64,000 nt of DNA, taken from positions 6,758,001-6,822,000 of the forward strand of contig NC_043026.1 in NCBI RefSeq assembly GCF_006345805.1, read 5' to 3'. Made by a program: the position numbers and the translations under genes. This DNA is from Octopus sinensis (Eukaryota). The notes under the pieces are model-generated. The model ran no database searches and was not told the origin of the DNA. It worked only from the letters and a program-made list of their open reading frames with translations. How positions within the stretch are numbered: position 1 is the stretch's first letter; each line of letters starts with the position of its first letter. Of the stretch, positions 25,812 to 38,400 are shown one piece after another.

Positions 25812-28800
25812 CATGGATACAAATCTTACAAACAGCTTCCTGCTTCACTGTGTATGCACCAACATCTTCAGAGATAAGCATTTAACTTCTGAAGATATTT
25901 GTGCACAGACAGTGCAGCATGGTAGTAGTGGCTATTTGTAAAATACTTGCATTGTATAAAGAAATAATCTATACATTGCAATGTGTGTGTGTATGTAGAT
26001 ATATACACACACACACACATATATATAGCATTCATTTTGTGAAACTATATACGGTTTCAAGTGAAAGAGGTTGGGTACTGATTAAAGTTTTATGTCGTGA
26101 CGAGCTACAGAGCAAAACTTTAATCAGCACTTTGAGTTTTAATTAATGTATCTTAAACTCTTTGCTTTAGCTAATTATTTGCATATTTTATTTAAGATAA
26201 AAATTTAAAACTCAGATGAATAAATCTAGTTTTGTATCTAAAATATTCTGTGTGTGGCTGAAATCAAACATGCTTTAACTAGAAGATTCCATAAACACTG
26301 CTTTGCCTGTTTCCTCTGTTGGTCATTTGAGCTTTCGTTAGAAAACATGCAATTTTCTAATCAAATCCCCAAATGGTTGGCTGACTGACGAAACTTTAGG
26401 TGCAATGCTTGTGGAAACTGCAAGGTTCGACTAGTTTAGGTTCAGCTGAACAAATTAAATTATACACACTCTACTTCTTGTACAGTGTATATATATTTCT
26501 CCTTGCACACTTTGTAACCCAGTGCATGTGTGTGTGTGTGTATGTGTGTGCATACGTGTACTTGATTTAATCGTGCTAAACACACTTTGCTGGTTCAAGT
26601 CATCATACTGCAAGGGGACTCTGTTTCTAGTTGGGCCACAGGGTTTCTGTGTGTATGTATACCCAAATAATATGCTAGGGACAGCAGGGCTTCCGGTCAA
26701 ACCACATCAGGACAATTACCCCCATCTCTAATATATTAAGAAGTTTTAAATCATCATAATTGTCCATGGGGTGGGGGTAAATGTCCTAGACTCAGTCAAA
26801 CTGCTATTTCAGGGTAGAAGAGAAGGAGCAGAGGAAACAAACCCCGTGTGTGTGTAAAAGGGGGGAGGGTAAGGGAGCATTGAAGCAGTTTTCACCAGCA
26901 ACAGTAGTGAGAGGAAAAGAGAGAAGAAAAAAAAGAAATGAATGATGCTGAAGCTAATGATGTCCAATGAGGAGTAGTAGAAGTAGTAGTGGTAGTAGTA
27001 GTAAGAGTAGTAGTAGTAGTAGTAGTAATAATAATAATAATAACTGGCACTGCTTTATGAGTTTATATATACATATATACACATACATATATATACGTAT
27101 GTCTGCATATATATGATTATACACGTATATAAAGACATATATATGAGACACAAACACACACATATATATATGCACACACATGTATATATATATTTTATTT
27201 TATTTATATATTGGATAGCGTCAATCTTGTCATGCCATTGCAAAAGAAATAGGATACCCGACCTCTGCAGCAGAAGCAACGACGCCAGAGATCTGAAATA
27301 TCAGGGGTGTATACAGATATATATATTATACATCATCAGTGCATGTCTATTCATATATATATAAATATATATGATATTTAAAAAAAAAAAAAAAAGAAGT
27401 CATTGTTGATGTGGATTCCATGAAATATGGTGAAGAATGCCAGATGGAGCACCATAGGGGGGGGGGAATGAAAACAATAAAACATGTAAAAGACAGTATG
27501 GGAGAAGTAAGTTACATGAAGGCCAAAGAAGATATGTGAGATGGTGCATGGGACAGAGAGGAATAGATGAGGAAATGATAGAAATAGCAGCCAAATCTCC
27601 CTCAAACCACACCCTTTTGTCTGATGTATGTTTATATGTATGTATGGGCCAATGAGGGAGACCCCTACAAGGTAGCTAGACTTTGCAGAAACAGTAGCTG
27701 AATTTCCCTAAAATCGCATCCTACTGTTCTTTGTATATATGTATGAGCCAGCTGAGAGAAATAGCAGCTAAATCTCCCTCTAATCACACTCAACTGTCTT
27801 ATGTATGTATATATGTGTCAGCCAATGAGGGAGATTTCTACCCAGAGCAGATAGAAATAGCAGCCAAATTTCCCTCAAATCATACCTTATTGTTTTGTGT
27901 ATGTATTGGCTTACAAATGTAAGCCAGTAAGGGAGACTTCTATATGGCAGACTTGGTAGAAACAGCAGTGAAACCCCCCTCAAATCATACCCTACTGTAG
28001 TGTGTGTGAATGTATAAGTCAATGAAAGAGACCTCTAGAAGGTAGTTAGACTGGGTAGAAATAGCAGCCAAATCTACCTAGAAGTATGTATTTTATATGT
28101 GCTTGGCCAAATAGCCAAGTCAAAACCTCTGTAGAGGCATTTTTAAAAAGAAGGAAATACTAAAGACAGTTTTGTAAGGGAATATGGTTTAAGCAAGGCA
28201 GATGGGAAAGAAGAGAGCGGAGCAGTGGGTACGGGGTAAAACTGAAAATGATGTAAGGTGGTGGTGGTGGTGGGGGGGGAATGACAGCTGATGGATGGGA
28301 AGATAGATGTGAAGGCCAGAACGGGGTAAACGTGATACACAAGTGGCAGTTGTTAACATTTAAGGCAGTTTTGAGTGGTGAAGATGGAATGTGGAGTGTG
28401 AGCGAAAGAGTTGGAGTGAAGGTGTTCAAAAGATGGCTGCTGAAAAAAAAAATAACAACAAAAAAGGCAAAAAATTTGAAAAAAAAAAAACAAAATGGAA
28501 GTTGAAATTTGAACGGAAAAAGTCAAAATAAAACAAGTGTTGAATGCAAAGGAAATATAGTGGAGTGGAGTATGGCCCTGAGTGAATGCTGTCCAGAGAG
28601 TTTAACTCAGAGCAGAGTATAACTCAAAGTGGACTGTAGTTTGGAGTGAAGTGACTTTGGGCTGGAGTGTAACCTAGAAAGGAGTGTAACCTGGAGCAGA
28701 GTGCAGTACAGGGCGGAGAACTCAGATGGAGTGAGACTCAAGGTGGAGCCTTGAGTCCAGACGGAGTGGATCTCAGAGTGGAGTGAGTTCAGATGGAGTG

Positions 28801-31800
28801 GAGTGAGGCTCAAGGTGGGGACTAGAGTCCAGATGGAGTGGAGCTCAGATGGAATGAGACCCAAAGTGAAGCTTGGAGTCCAAATATACAGAGTAGCAAA
28901 GAATGAAAGCCAAAACAGCAGAGAAAAGGTAAAACATGGAACTAGAGTGTAGGTTGGAGTGGGCATGGTGGGAGGGGCACTGATATTTCCCTAATGTAGT
29001 AGTGTCTTTTCTTTCTTTCTTCCTTCCTTTCCTTTAGATTATGTCCTCAAAGAGAGCGACACACAGACAGATGTGCCATTAACATCATAACACACACACA
29101 CACACACACCAGACAGTTCAATAAATTGCTGATGACAGGTGTTAACATTACAGGTGATGGTACAAAAAATTGGTAGAAATAGCAGCCAAATCTCCCTCAA
29201 ATCACACCCCACTGTCATGTATGTATATATGTATGTATGAGCCAATGAGGGAGACCTCTACATGGTAGGTAGACCTGGTAGAAATAGCAGCCAAATCTTC
29301 CTCAAATCACACTACTGTCTTATCTATGTAAATACGTAAGCATGAGCCAATAAGGGAGACCTTGCCAATCGCTTTCGGGATTGCACTTGAAGCGCACATA
29401 ACCATGCATGTCTGGTCAACCTGTCATCACCCACTTCAACACAACAGGCCATTCCGTAACCCATTTAACAGTGTGTGGAATTTTCCCATACCATGGATTC
29501 AAATAGTCAAGGAACATAAATAAACCATTATCATTCAACATCTGTTTCCCCTATGCTGGCATGGGTTGGACAGTTTGACAGGAACTGGAAAAGCCAGGAG
29601 TTGAACCAGCCTCCACAGTCTGTTTTCATTGTTGGGTACCCTTCCTAATACTGACCACTTTACAGTGTACAAGGTCCCTTTTATGTGGCACCAGCACTTT
29701 TTACATGGCCCTGACACCAACATCACTTCTTTTTATCTGGCGTCATCATCAGAGCTTTTTACGTGGCACCAGCACCAGTGCCAAGTTGTGTTTCCATGGC
29801 ATGAAACTATTAATAACTTCTATTTAGATTTTGCCTATATTAAATGATCTCTATCTCTCACTACTGGATGGAGTACTTTATCTTAGTTTATCCTACTTGT
29901 GATGGAACTATAAGCTATATATACAGGGTGATTCAAAAGTCACCATACACAGCAAAAATTAAATTCTTTTTATAAGAAACGATTAAATTTAAAAAAAACT
30001 TTTTTATAAAAAATAAATTGTTCTTATGCATGGCGACTTTTGATTCACCCTGTGTGTATACATATTGAATATGTGTGTGTATATCATCATCATCATCATC
30101 TAATGCCTCTTTTCCATGCTGGCATGGGTTGAACAGTTTGACAAGACAGAGCAAGCAACAAGACTGCATGACGTTCCATTTTGTCGATTCTGTCAAGATT
30201 TTCTTTAAGGCCGGATGCCATGCCTAAAGCCAATTACTTTGCAGAATGGACAGGGTGTAATATATATATTTGTATTTATGTATATATGTGTACATATATG
30301 AATGTATACGTTCGTTTGTATATATATATATCTGTGGGAGTGTATGTGAGTATATAATGTCCAAACATTTCTTTTGTTAATACATGAGGGAGTATTCAAT
30401 ACATGGTGTAGAGTATATGATACTGAATTCCTTCCTTATGAGTCAGTTTCCATGGCACAATTGTCAGGCAACAAACTGACCAAGAATCAAGCCCGACAAA
30501 CAATGTAACGTGAAACTCAGTCTGTGAGAAAAGAATCCAAATTGGACAGTAAGCTGCAAAACTATGTAAATGACTCCAGAATGTAAGGTTCCCTGCCAAT
30601 GCCCTTGTCAAAGTTTCACAAGTGCACCGGCAGGAAACCTGAGTTGCTTAAGCTATTAACAAATGACATATGTATCCTGCTTTATGTATTGAATGTATTT
30701 TTCCCACATGTAAAATCAAACCTTTAACCCTTTTGTTACCAACCCGGCTGAAACCGGCCCTGTTGTACAAATGTCTTGTTTTCATAAGTTCTGAATTAAA
30801 ATCTTCCACCAAACTTTAGTCACAGTTTATGTTCCTAACACTAGCTTAATGATAACGAAGTTATTTTACTAAATTCTTTCTTATATTTAAAATTAATTGA
30901 AAGAGACACAGAAAATCTCAAAATAAATACGGTAACAAAAGGGTTAAGAAGAAAAATAATCAGCAGAAGACATCAGAGAAGGAGACCTCAATATGGTCAC
31001 TCTATATGCTAGAAATAATAGCCTAAATTTCCTTCAATGCACACCCTTCAAACTGCTTCTAATGTGCATCTGCCCAAATGTAGAGGTGTGTAACCCTTTC
31101 GATACCAACCTGGCTGAAACCGCCTCTGGTTCTGTAGTACAAATGTTTTGTTTTCATAAGTTTTGAATTAAAATCTTCCACCAAACCTTAGTCACAATTC
31201 ATGTTCCTAACACTAGCTTAATGATAACGAAGTTATTTTACTAAATTCTTTGTTATATCTAAAATAATTGGGAGAAACGCAGAACATCTCAAAATAAATA
31301 CAGTAACGAAAGGGTTAGAAATAGAATTCAATTAGCTGGAACGGAACCGCTAATGCTGTCAGTTCCAATGAGGTACAACCACCAGTTTCCTTAGTTGGAG
31401 CATTTCGGTAAGTGACATCCAAAAAAACAAACAAAAAAGCAGGTGGAAGAGAGTCTTCTGATTGGTCAGCAGAAATCTCAGTCACCAGCCTGTGACCAAG
31501 TTGGAGGATAGCCTTCAAGAGTTTTGTTGAACTTTATCAAACTTCGTTTGTTGAACTGTTAAGTTACAGAACATAAACACCACCAGGTTTCACAGAGAAT
31601 AAACAAAGAACACACAGACACACAAAGATATGTGTGTGTATATATGTATGTACCTATATTTATATAAATATGTGTGTGTGTGTGTGTGTGTATGTCTATA
31701 TACGTATTTGTGCATACATCTGCATATATTCTTTAACTCACTTGTTTCTGTCATTTGACTGTGGCCATGCTGAAGCACCGCCTTTTAGTCGAGCAACTCG

Positions 31801-32995
31801 ACCCCAGGACTTATTCTTTGTAAGCCCAGTACTTATTCTATCGGTCTCTTTTGCTGAACCACTAAGTGACAGGGACATAAACACACCAGCATCGGTTGTC
31901 AAGCAATGCTAGGGGGACAAACACAGACACACAAACATACACATATATATATATATATACATATATACGACAGGCTTCTTTCAGTTTCCGTCTACCAAAT
32001 CCACTCATAAGGCATTGGTCGGCCCGGGGCTATAGCAGAAGACACTTGCCCAAGATGCCACACAGTGGGACTGAACCCGGAACCATGTGGTTGGTAAGCA
32101 AGCTACTTACCACACAGCCACTCCTGCGCCTATATATATATATATATATATATAAGCACCTGTCATGGTTTTGTGGCATGAAGCAAAGGAAACACAGAGT
32201 GAATGATCCAGAAGCACTCCAGCAAACTGAGCCCTCAACTTGTTCCATTTGCCAAGAGGTTTGCAAGGCACCAACAGGCCCCTCAAGAAACACATTCGTG
32301 TCCACAGAACACAATTACCGCTTTTTTACTGAACCCACCATGATAAAAATTACTGATATTACTACTATAACTATACACATTATATTCACTATTGTTAATA
32401 TCACTCCAACCAGAAATGGTATTTAGACATGGCTGTCTGCTGACCAGGGAGGTTCTTGACTAAAGCTACAGCTGACGGATACTGTACTCTCGTCCTCAGA
32501 AGAGCAAAGCCTATTTATGGTCAATCTTTACAGTGTTCTGTGTTAACGAAATTGAAAATTGCTGTACTATCACACCCACATTTACTGTTCACAACACAAG
32601 AGTATCCATCATATATATCTCTCTATATATAAATCTGAAGTTGTCTGTGTGTGGCAGGTTTGGTAGCCTTCAACTAACACTATCTGCAGTGCAAGTTGAC
32701 CAAAATTGAGAGTATGATAGAAGAAGGCTTGCTCTTCCTTCCATAGAAGAAAAAATTCAAATCGGACCATGTTAACACCAAAAATTATTTACATCAAAAA
32801 GGTGCTTTTTTTCCATGAAAATCCCGATTTTTTACGATTTTATGACTGCTGTGTTGCCATTTTCTGGTGTATTTCTACCAGAAAAATGTTTACTTAAAGA
32901 GAATAACAAGCTACATAATGCAAAATTTTTACTTTTCAAAAATTCCAATTCTAAAGGGTCAAAACAAACCTGAGCGACGCCGGGTGATACTGCTA

Positions 32996-33047
<52 letters not shown>

Positions 33048-33632
33048 AGAGAGAGAGAGAAATATAGGTATATTAAATACCATACAACATAAATTCTTCA
33101 TTTGTTAGAATTGTCTCCCTCTTTAGAGAACATATCATAATAACCGATGGGCAATGAAGAAGAGCTCCACTTGAGAAGGGGAGACAATTCCAAGACCGAA
33201 GGATTTCTCCAAATATGACTTGCCATGAAAGAAAAGAACAGGGATGTGTTTCTGGCTCTCTAGAGGTGGAGGTAATTTAAGTAAAACAAAAATTTATGTC
33301 ACATGGTATCTGCTATACTCGTATTTGTTTAATTTGTTTGCAATGCATGCCATTGGCCAATTTGAATTATTTCCCTTGGCTCAACTTTTTTTTTATTGTT
33401 TTAAATCATTCAATAAAAACTAAAAAAAAAAAATCTATTAATTAACGATGCCAGTTAGAATAGTAACGAGTCAAAGGATCGTTAGTGAGGTTAACAGCAT
33501 GTCATAACACATTTCTAAAAAAATTTATTATTAATTTAATTAAACATTCGTAATTTTAATCTACAAACTGACGATGCAGTCTACATCATGGCAGGGAAAA
33601 TTGGCAACTGCTCAATGCTTTATGTGGCAAAC

Positions 33633-33668
<36 letters not shown>

Positions 33669-35451
33669 TCTACTAAAGGCACAAGGCCTGAAATTTGCAG
33701 GGAGGTGGGTAGTCGATTACATCGACCCCAGTGCGTAACTGGTACTTAATTTATCGACCCTGAAAGGATGAAAGGCAAAGTCAACCTTGGTGGAATTTGA
33801 ACTCAGAAGGTATAAAGACAGACGAAATGCTGCTGTACATTTTGACCGATATGCTAATGGTTCTGCCAGTTTATTGCTTTGGTAATAATGGTAATAGCCT
33901 GAAAGATTCAGAGATTGTGGAGGACTACGAAGACAATTATTCCTGAGGAATTGGTACACTTGACACAACACCCAACATTCTTCCCGAAAGGCTGAAAGAA
34001 ACTGGAATTGAAATTTGCATTTTCAGCCTCTAAGTACCATCCTATATTTTCCAAGAATCTTCAGAAAGATTCTTGAGATTTGAGGAGACGTGTTGTCACA
34101 AAACATCAAGATAACTTTGCTTATGGAAGTCACATGTAATAGCTTCAATTCTTTCTAATCTAGTCATGAGGGTGTCAATAGGGAAGGAGAGTGAGACAGT
34201 GATGCTCATTTACAACAAGCACACACTGCCAAGATCCCTCCCCACTTAATACATATATTTACACACACACATATACATGTGTACAACAGGCTTCTTTTTA
34301 GTTTCCTCAATCAAATCAACTCACAAGGCAGTGTCTGTTCTGGAATTCAGTGGCTTCCTGGTGGCACTGGATCGTGTCTGCAGGCAAACGTGAGGATGAC
34401 CTGCCACTGGTTGTGTATGGTGGCTTACGAATACAATAGGAATGGTTTCCATGCACCCTGATCATCTTCTGAAATTCCTCCTCTGAACTCACAACGAATC
34501 AGTGAATTCAAAAGAATCTGTCTGAACCCCTCCTAGGCAAATGCCACTACAAGAAAAGAGACAAGGATTCAAAAAGACATTTCCCTAAGGTGCAATGCAG
34601 TGGGATTGAACCGGAAAACTCATGATCAAGAAGTGAACGTCTTAGCTCTGCACCAATGCCTGCACCTCGGTCTTTTTTGTCTTTGTGTTTTTCTTTCTCT
34701 CTCAATTTCTATTTTCCATCCTTTTCTCCTAAGGAAATGAGTAACCCATCACATTTTAATTAATTACGTTTACTAAATACGTAAGTATATATTCAATGAT
34801 GTATTTACTCTTTCGAAACAGCTGTCAAGAAACGTTTATATATCATACGTAAAATTCACTCTTTTCTACTTTTAAGTGTTCTAATTCTCTTGGTTTACAA
34901 TTTAAGTGATTCTCCTTATACACGCCAGTTTATTCCATCAATATTTATTGCATTGTAATAATTCATTTGTGTTTGATGACATGTTTAACAATATAATTGA
35001 GCCCTTGAATACTGTAGGTATACCTTTGTGTTTATACCTAAAGAGTTTGTGTGTATGTATGCATAATATATATATACACACATATATATATATATATATA
35101 TAGAATGAGATATATATGTATATTAAAATTACATACATAGAGTGGAAATCTCTGAAAGTATTGTTTCCAAAGTTATCATATAACAAAACAGGACATTTGG
35201 AAACGAAACATGTGTAATGGTGACTAAATAATGCCAAAATAATTTTCCAACTTCTTGGTTTGTTTCATATATATATATATATACACACACACACATGAGC
35301 CACAGAGGTTGTCTTTGAGACCATAGTGTGTGGGTTACTTCCTGGGATCCACCCGAACCAAAATGATGCAGTCAACACTTCTTCACCAAAGAAAGAAATA
35401 CTTGGAAACAAGGAGGAACCACCACCAATGATATATACACATAATATATAT

Positions 35452-35497
<46 letters not shown>

Positions 35498-38400
35498 CAT
35501 ATTACATATATATAATACATACATAATATATACATACATATACATATATATATATTATATATATATATATATACACACACATGTATAATCTAGGCACGCA
35601 TAATTGTGTGTGGGGGGGGGTGTAAATAAATGTATGCACATCTGTCTGTCTCTTTCTCTCTCTATATAAAAATCAATATGTATAGACATTTGTGTGTGTA
35701 TAAATATATATTTATGCACATCTGTCTGTATGCGCATGCATAGATGTGTGGGTATGTATATATACAATATGTAATGATATATAGACATATATACACACAC
35801 GCACATAAATACACTGGACCGACAAGACAACAACTACAAGACACCAGAAAGGTATGAAAGAAAGAAGGAAAGACCCCGCCCCCACAAATCATATATACAA
35901 ACATATCTACATATATCTACATATATACACTCACACACATATCTATATGTGTATCTGAGTATGCATATATAACTGTACACATCTTTACACTTAATCAACG
36001 AGAAATGAAAATTGGCCCTTATTCGATCACTTACCTTAGCGGAATCCTTTAAACTACCCATAGCGGGATCAGACACATTTTTGCCAGAAGCGTTTTTCGT
36101 GGCGCTAATAAGATCGGCAAGGGCAGAGGCGACATCTTTGACAGCATTTATCAACAAAACCTATACAGAATAAACAGAACAAAGGGAGAGAAATCAAAAG
36201 GGGTTTATGACGAAATTCTTTCATAATCAGCGTAGAATATTGACTATCAACCCAGCTGCTTTACCTAGGCAGAAGTTGGTAAGAAACTCGTAAGAGCAGG
36301 TCTCCAGAGTATTTTGGCCCTTAATCTCTCACACTCTAAGGCAGTGCTTTTCAAACTTTTTGCTGGAGCGGAACCCCAAGGAAACATTCCACTGGCTCGG
36401 GGAACCCCTGTGCAATAATTTAATAGTCTTATGCACAAATATCTGCACAGGAAAATTAAAAATTACTGCCGATTTTAGCAGTTTTGTAACTTCTTGCGGA
36501 ACCCCTGGACTGTACTGGCGGAACCCTAAGGTTTCGCGGAACCCTGGTTGAAAACCACTGCCCTAGACCATTACAAGCTCACTCTTAAATACTGACCCTG
36601 TAGGCCCTGATGGTAAATTATTTCCCTTATATATTGTTTCTTGATAACTTCTTTTTTTAAACATCCTGACCCTGCTTACCTTCAAATTTCACCTACCCAT
36701 TAATAAATTGTAGTATTCCCTAGACCAGTGCTTTTCAAACTTTTAGCTGGAGCAGAACCCCAAGGAAACATTCCACTGGCTCAGGGAACCCCTGTGCAAT
36801 AATTTAATAGTCTTATGCACACATATTTGCACAGGAAAATTAAAAATTACTGCCGATTTTAGCAGTTTTGTAACTTCTTGCGGAACCCCTGGACTGGACT
36901 GGCGGAACCCTAAGGCTTCGCGGAACCTTGGTTGAAAACAACTGCTCTAAGGGGCCAGGCTGCATCCAGATCATGCCTTCTGGGTGCTCTTCTACTGATA
37001 TTTTTTAACCACTTGGATATTGGAGACTTGTGCATTTAAACAGCTAGAAGATTCCTATCTAAGTTAATTTGAGGATATATTTACCTCTTAAAGAGATGGC
37101 TACATCCAAGAAAACACTGGTTTTATACAGTAAGTCTTTGGGAAATAAAATTTCCCGAAATCAATCCGTATTAAATGAAGAGAAGAAAATGGAGCATTAG
37201 TGGTTAATATTTATTCATTAACCCCTTACCCGGCAGAAACGAATATATACGTTTTGACCGAAATCGTTTTTTTCTGTCTCTGGTGAGTTAACTCGTCAAA
37301 AGATAGACTCGCCAAAATCGACAGCAAACGAGTTCCTTCGTCTAAAAACAGGTTAACTCTTTTCTGCCCAAAGCGGTAATTTAAAATGAATATTATTGAA
37401 TTAAAATTCATAATAAATAAGGTTTGAAATATACCTCGAAATCACCATTCAAAACATAGTAAAATAAAACAATTAAAAAATATGTCTGAAAAAATACATT
37501 TATTTTCAAAATAATTGTTGGGTAAGGAGTTAATAAATAGATATCAACCACTAACTCTCCATTTCCTTCTCTTAATTTAACATGTAGCTGTAGTAAACAG
37601 TCGAATGATCTCCCTTGCAAGAAAGATTATAGAGTAACCTCCCTTTTCTAACTTTCTCGAAACATCTGTGTCATGAGACGTGATTCTTAATTATTCAAGA
37701 AGCTTAGCATTTCTCTTGGAAGTTTCTAGAATGTCTAGTGTTCCATAAATAAAAACAGCTTGCTAACCCTGCTCTTCACTTCTTAGTCGATTAGACTTAG
37801 AGCCGTTCACATCATTGCTATGTCCGTCTATTTCTCTACACCACATGAGTGAAAACCACCGCTTAGCTGTTATTTCTACATTTCCTATCTCTGGACTTTC
37901 TTGCATAGATTACTTCATTCAACTAGATTCTACATTTTCATTCTATGTATCATCAACAACCAGTAAATAAAATACATTTTTATGTAGTAAATCGAGGAAT
38001 GTGAAGACGCAGGCTGGAAAGCGGAACATTTTCCAATTGAAGTCGGATGTAGAGGGTTTGTTGGACACAGCGTGAGACGACTGTTGTCCTAACTCATCAT
38101 AAAGTCAATGCCACCATGACTGATATCCAATCTACAGTGGAGAAGGCTAGCCACTGGATTTGGTTAAAAAGAGACGATGAGCAATGGCTAGAAGGATATT
38201 GAGCTTTATTTGATAACCAGCTGATCTAGCAAGCGGGGCCTCATATCAGTGAGGGGGACCGGTGCGCATTGATGCCGTCGAGAGGTAGGCCTCGAAACGG
38301 TGCGCATTCTCTCCTGATGACCCCATACACTTGCTGACTTCCGGTCTACGGAGCTTTTGACTGGTAGCACTTGCATGTGCGAGTTGTTTGCAAGACATCT

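Noticed and set aside
33108-33190. Short inverted repeat gaattgtctccc...ggggagacaattc as a pre-miRNA
   Set aside because: Only about 12-15 bp pair and the inner region does not; too weak.
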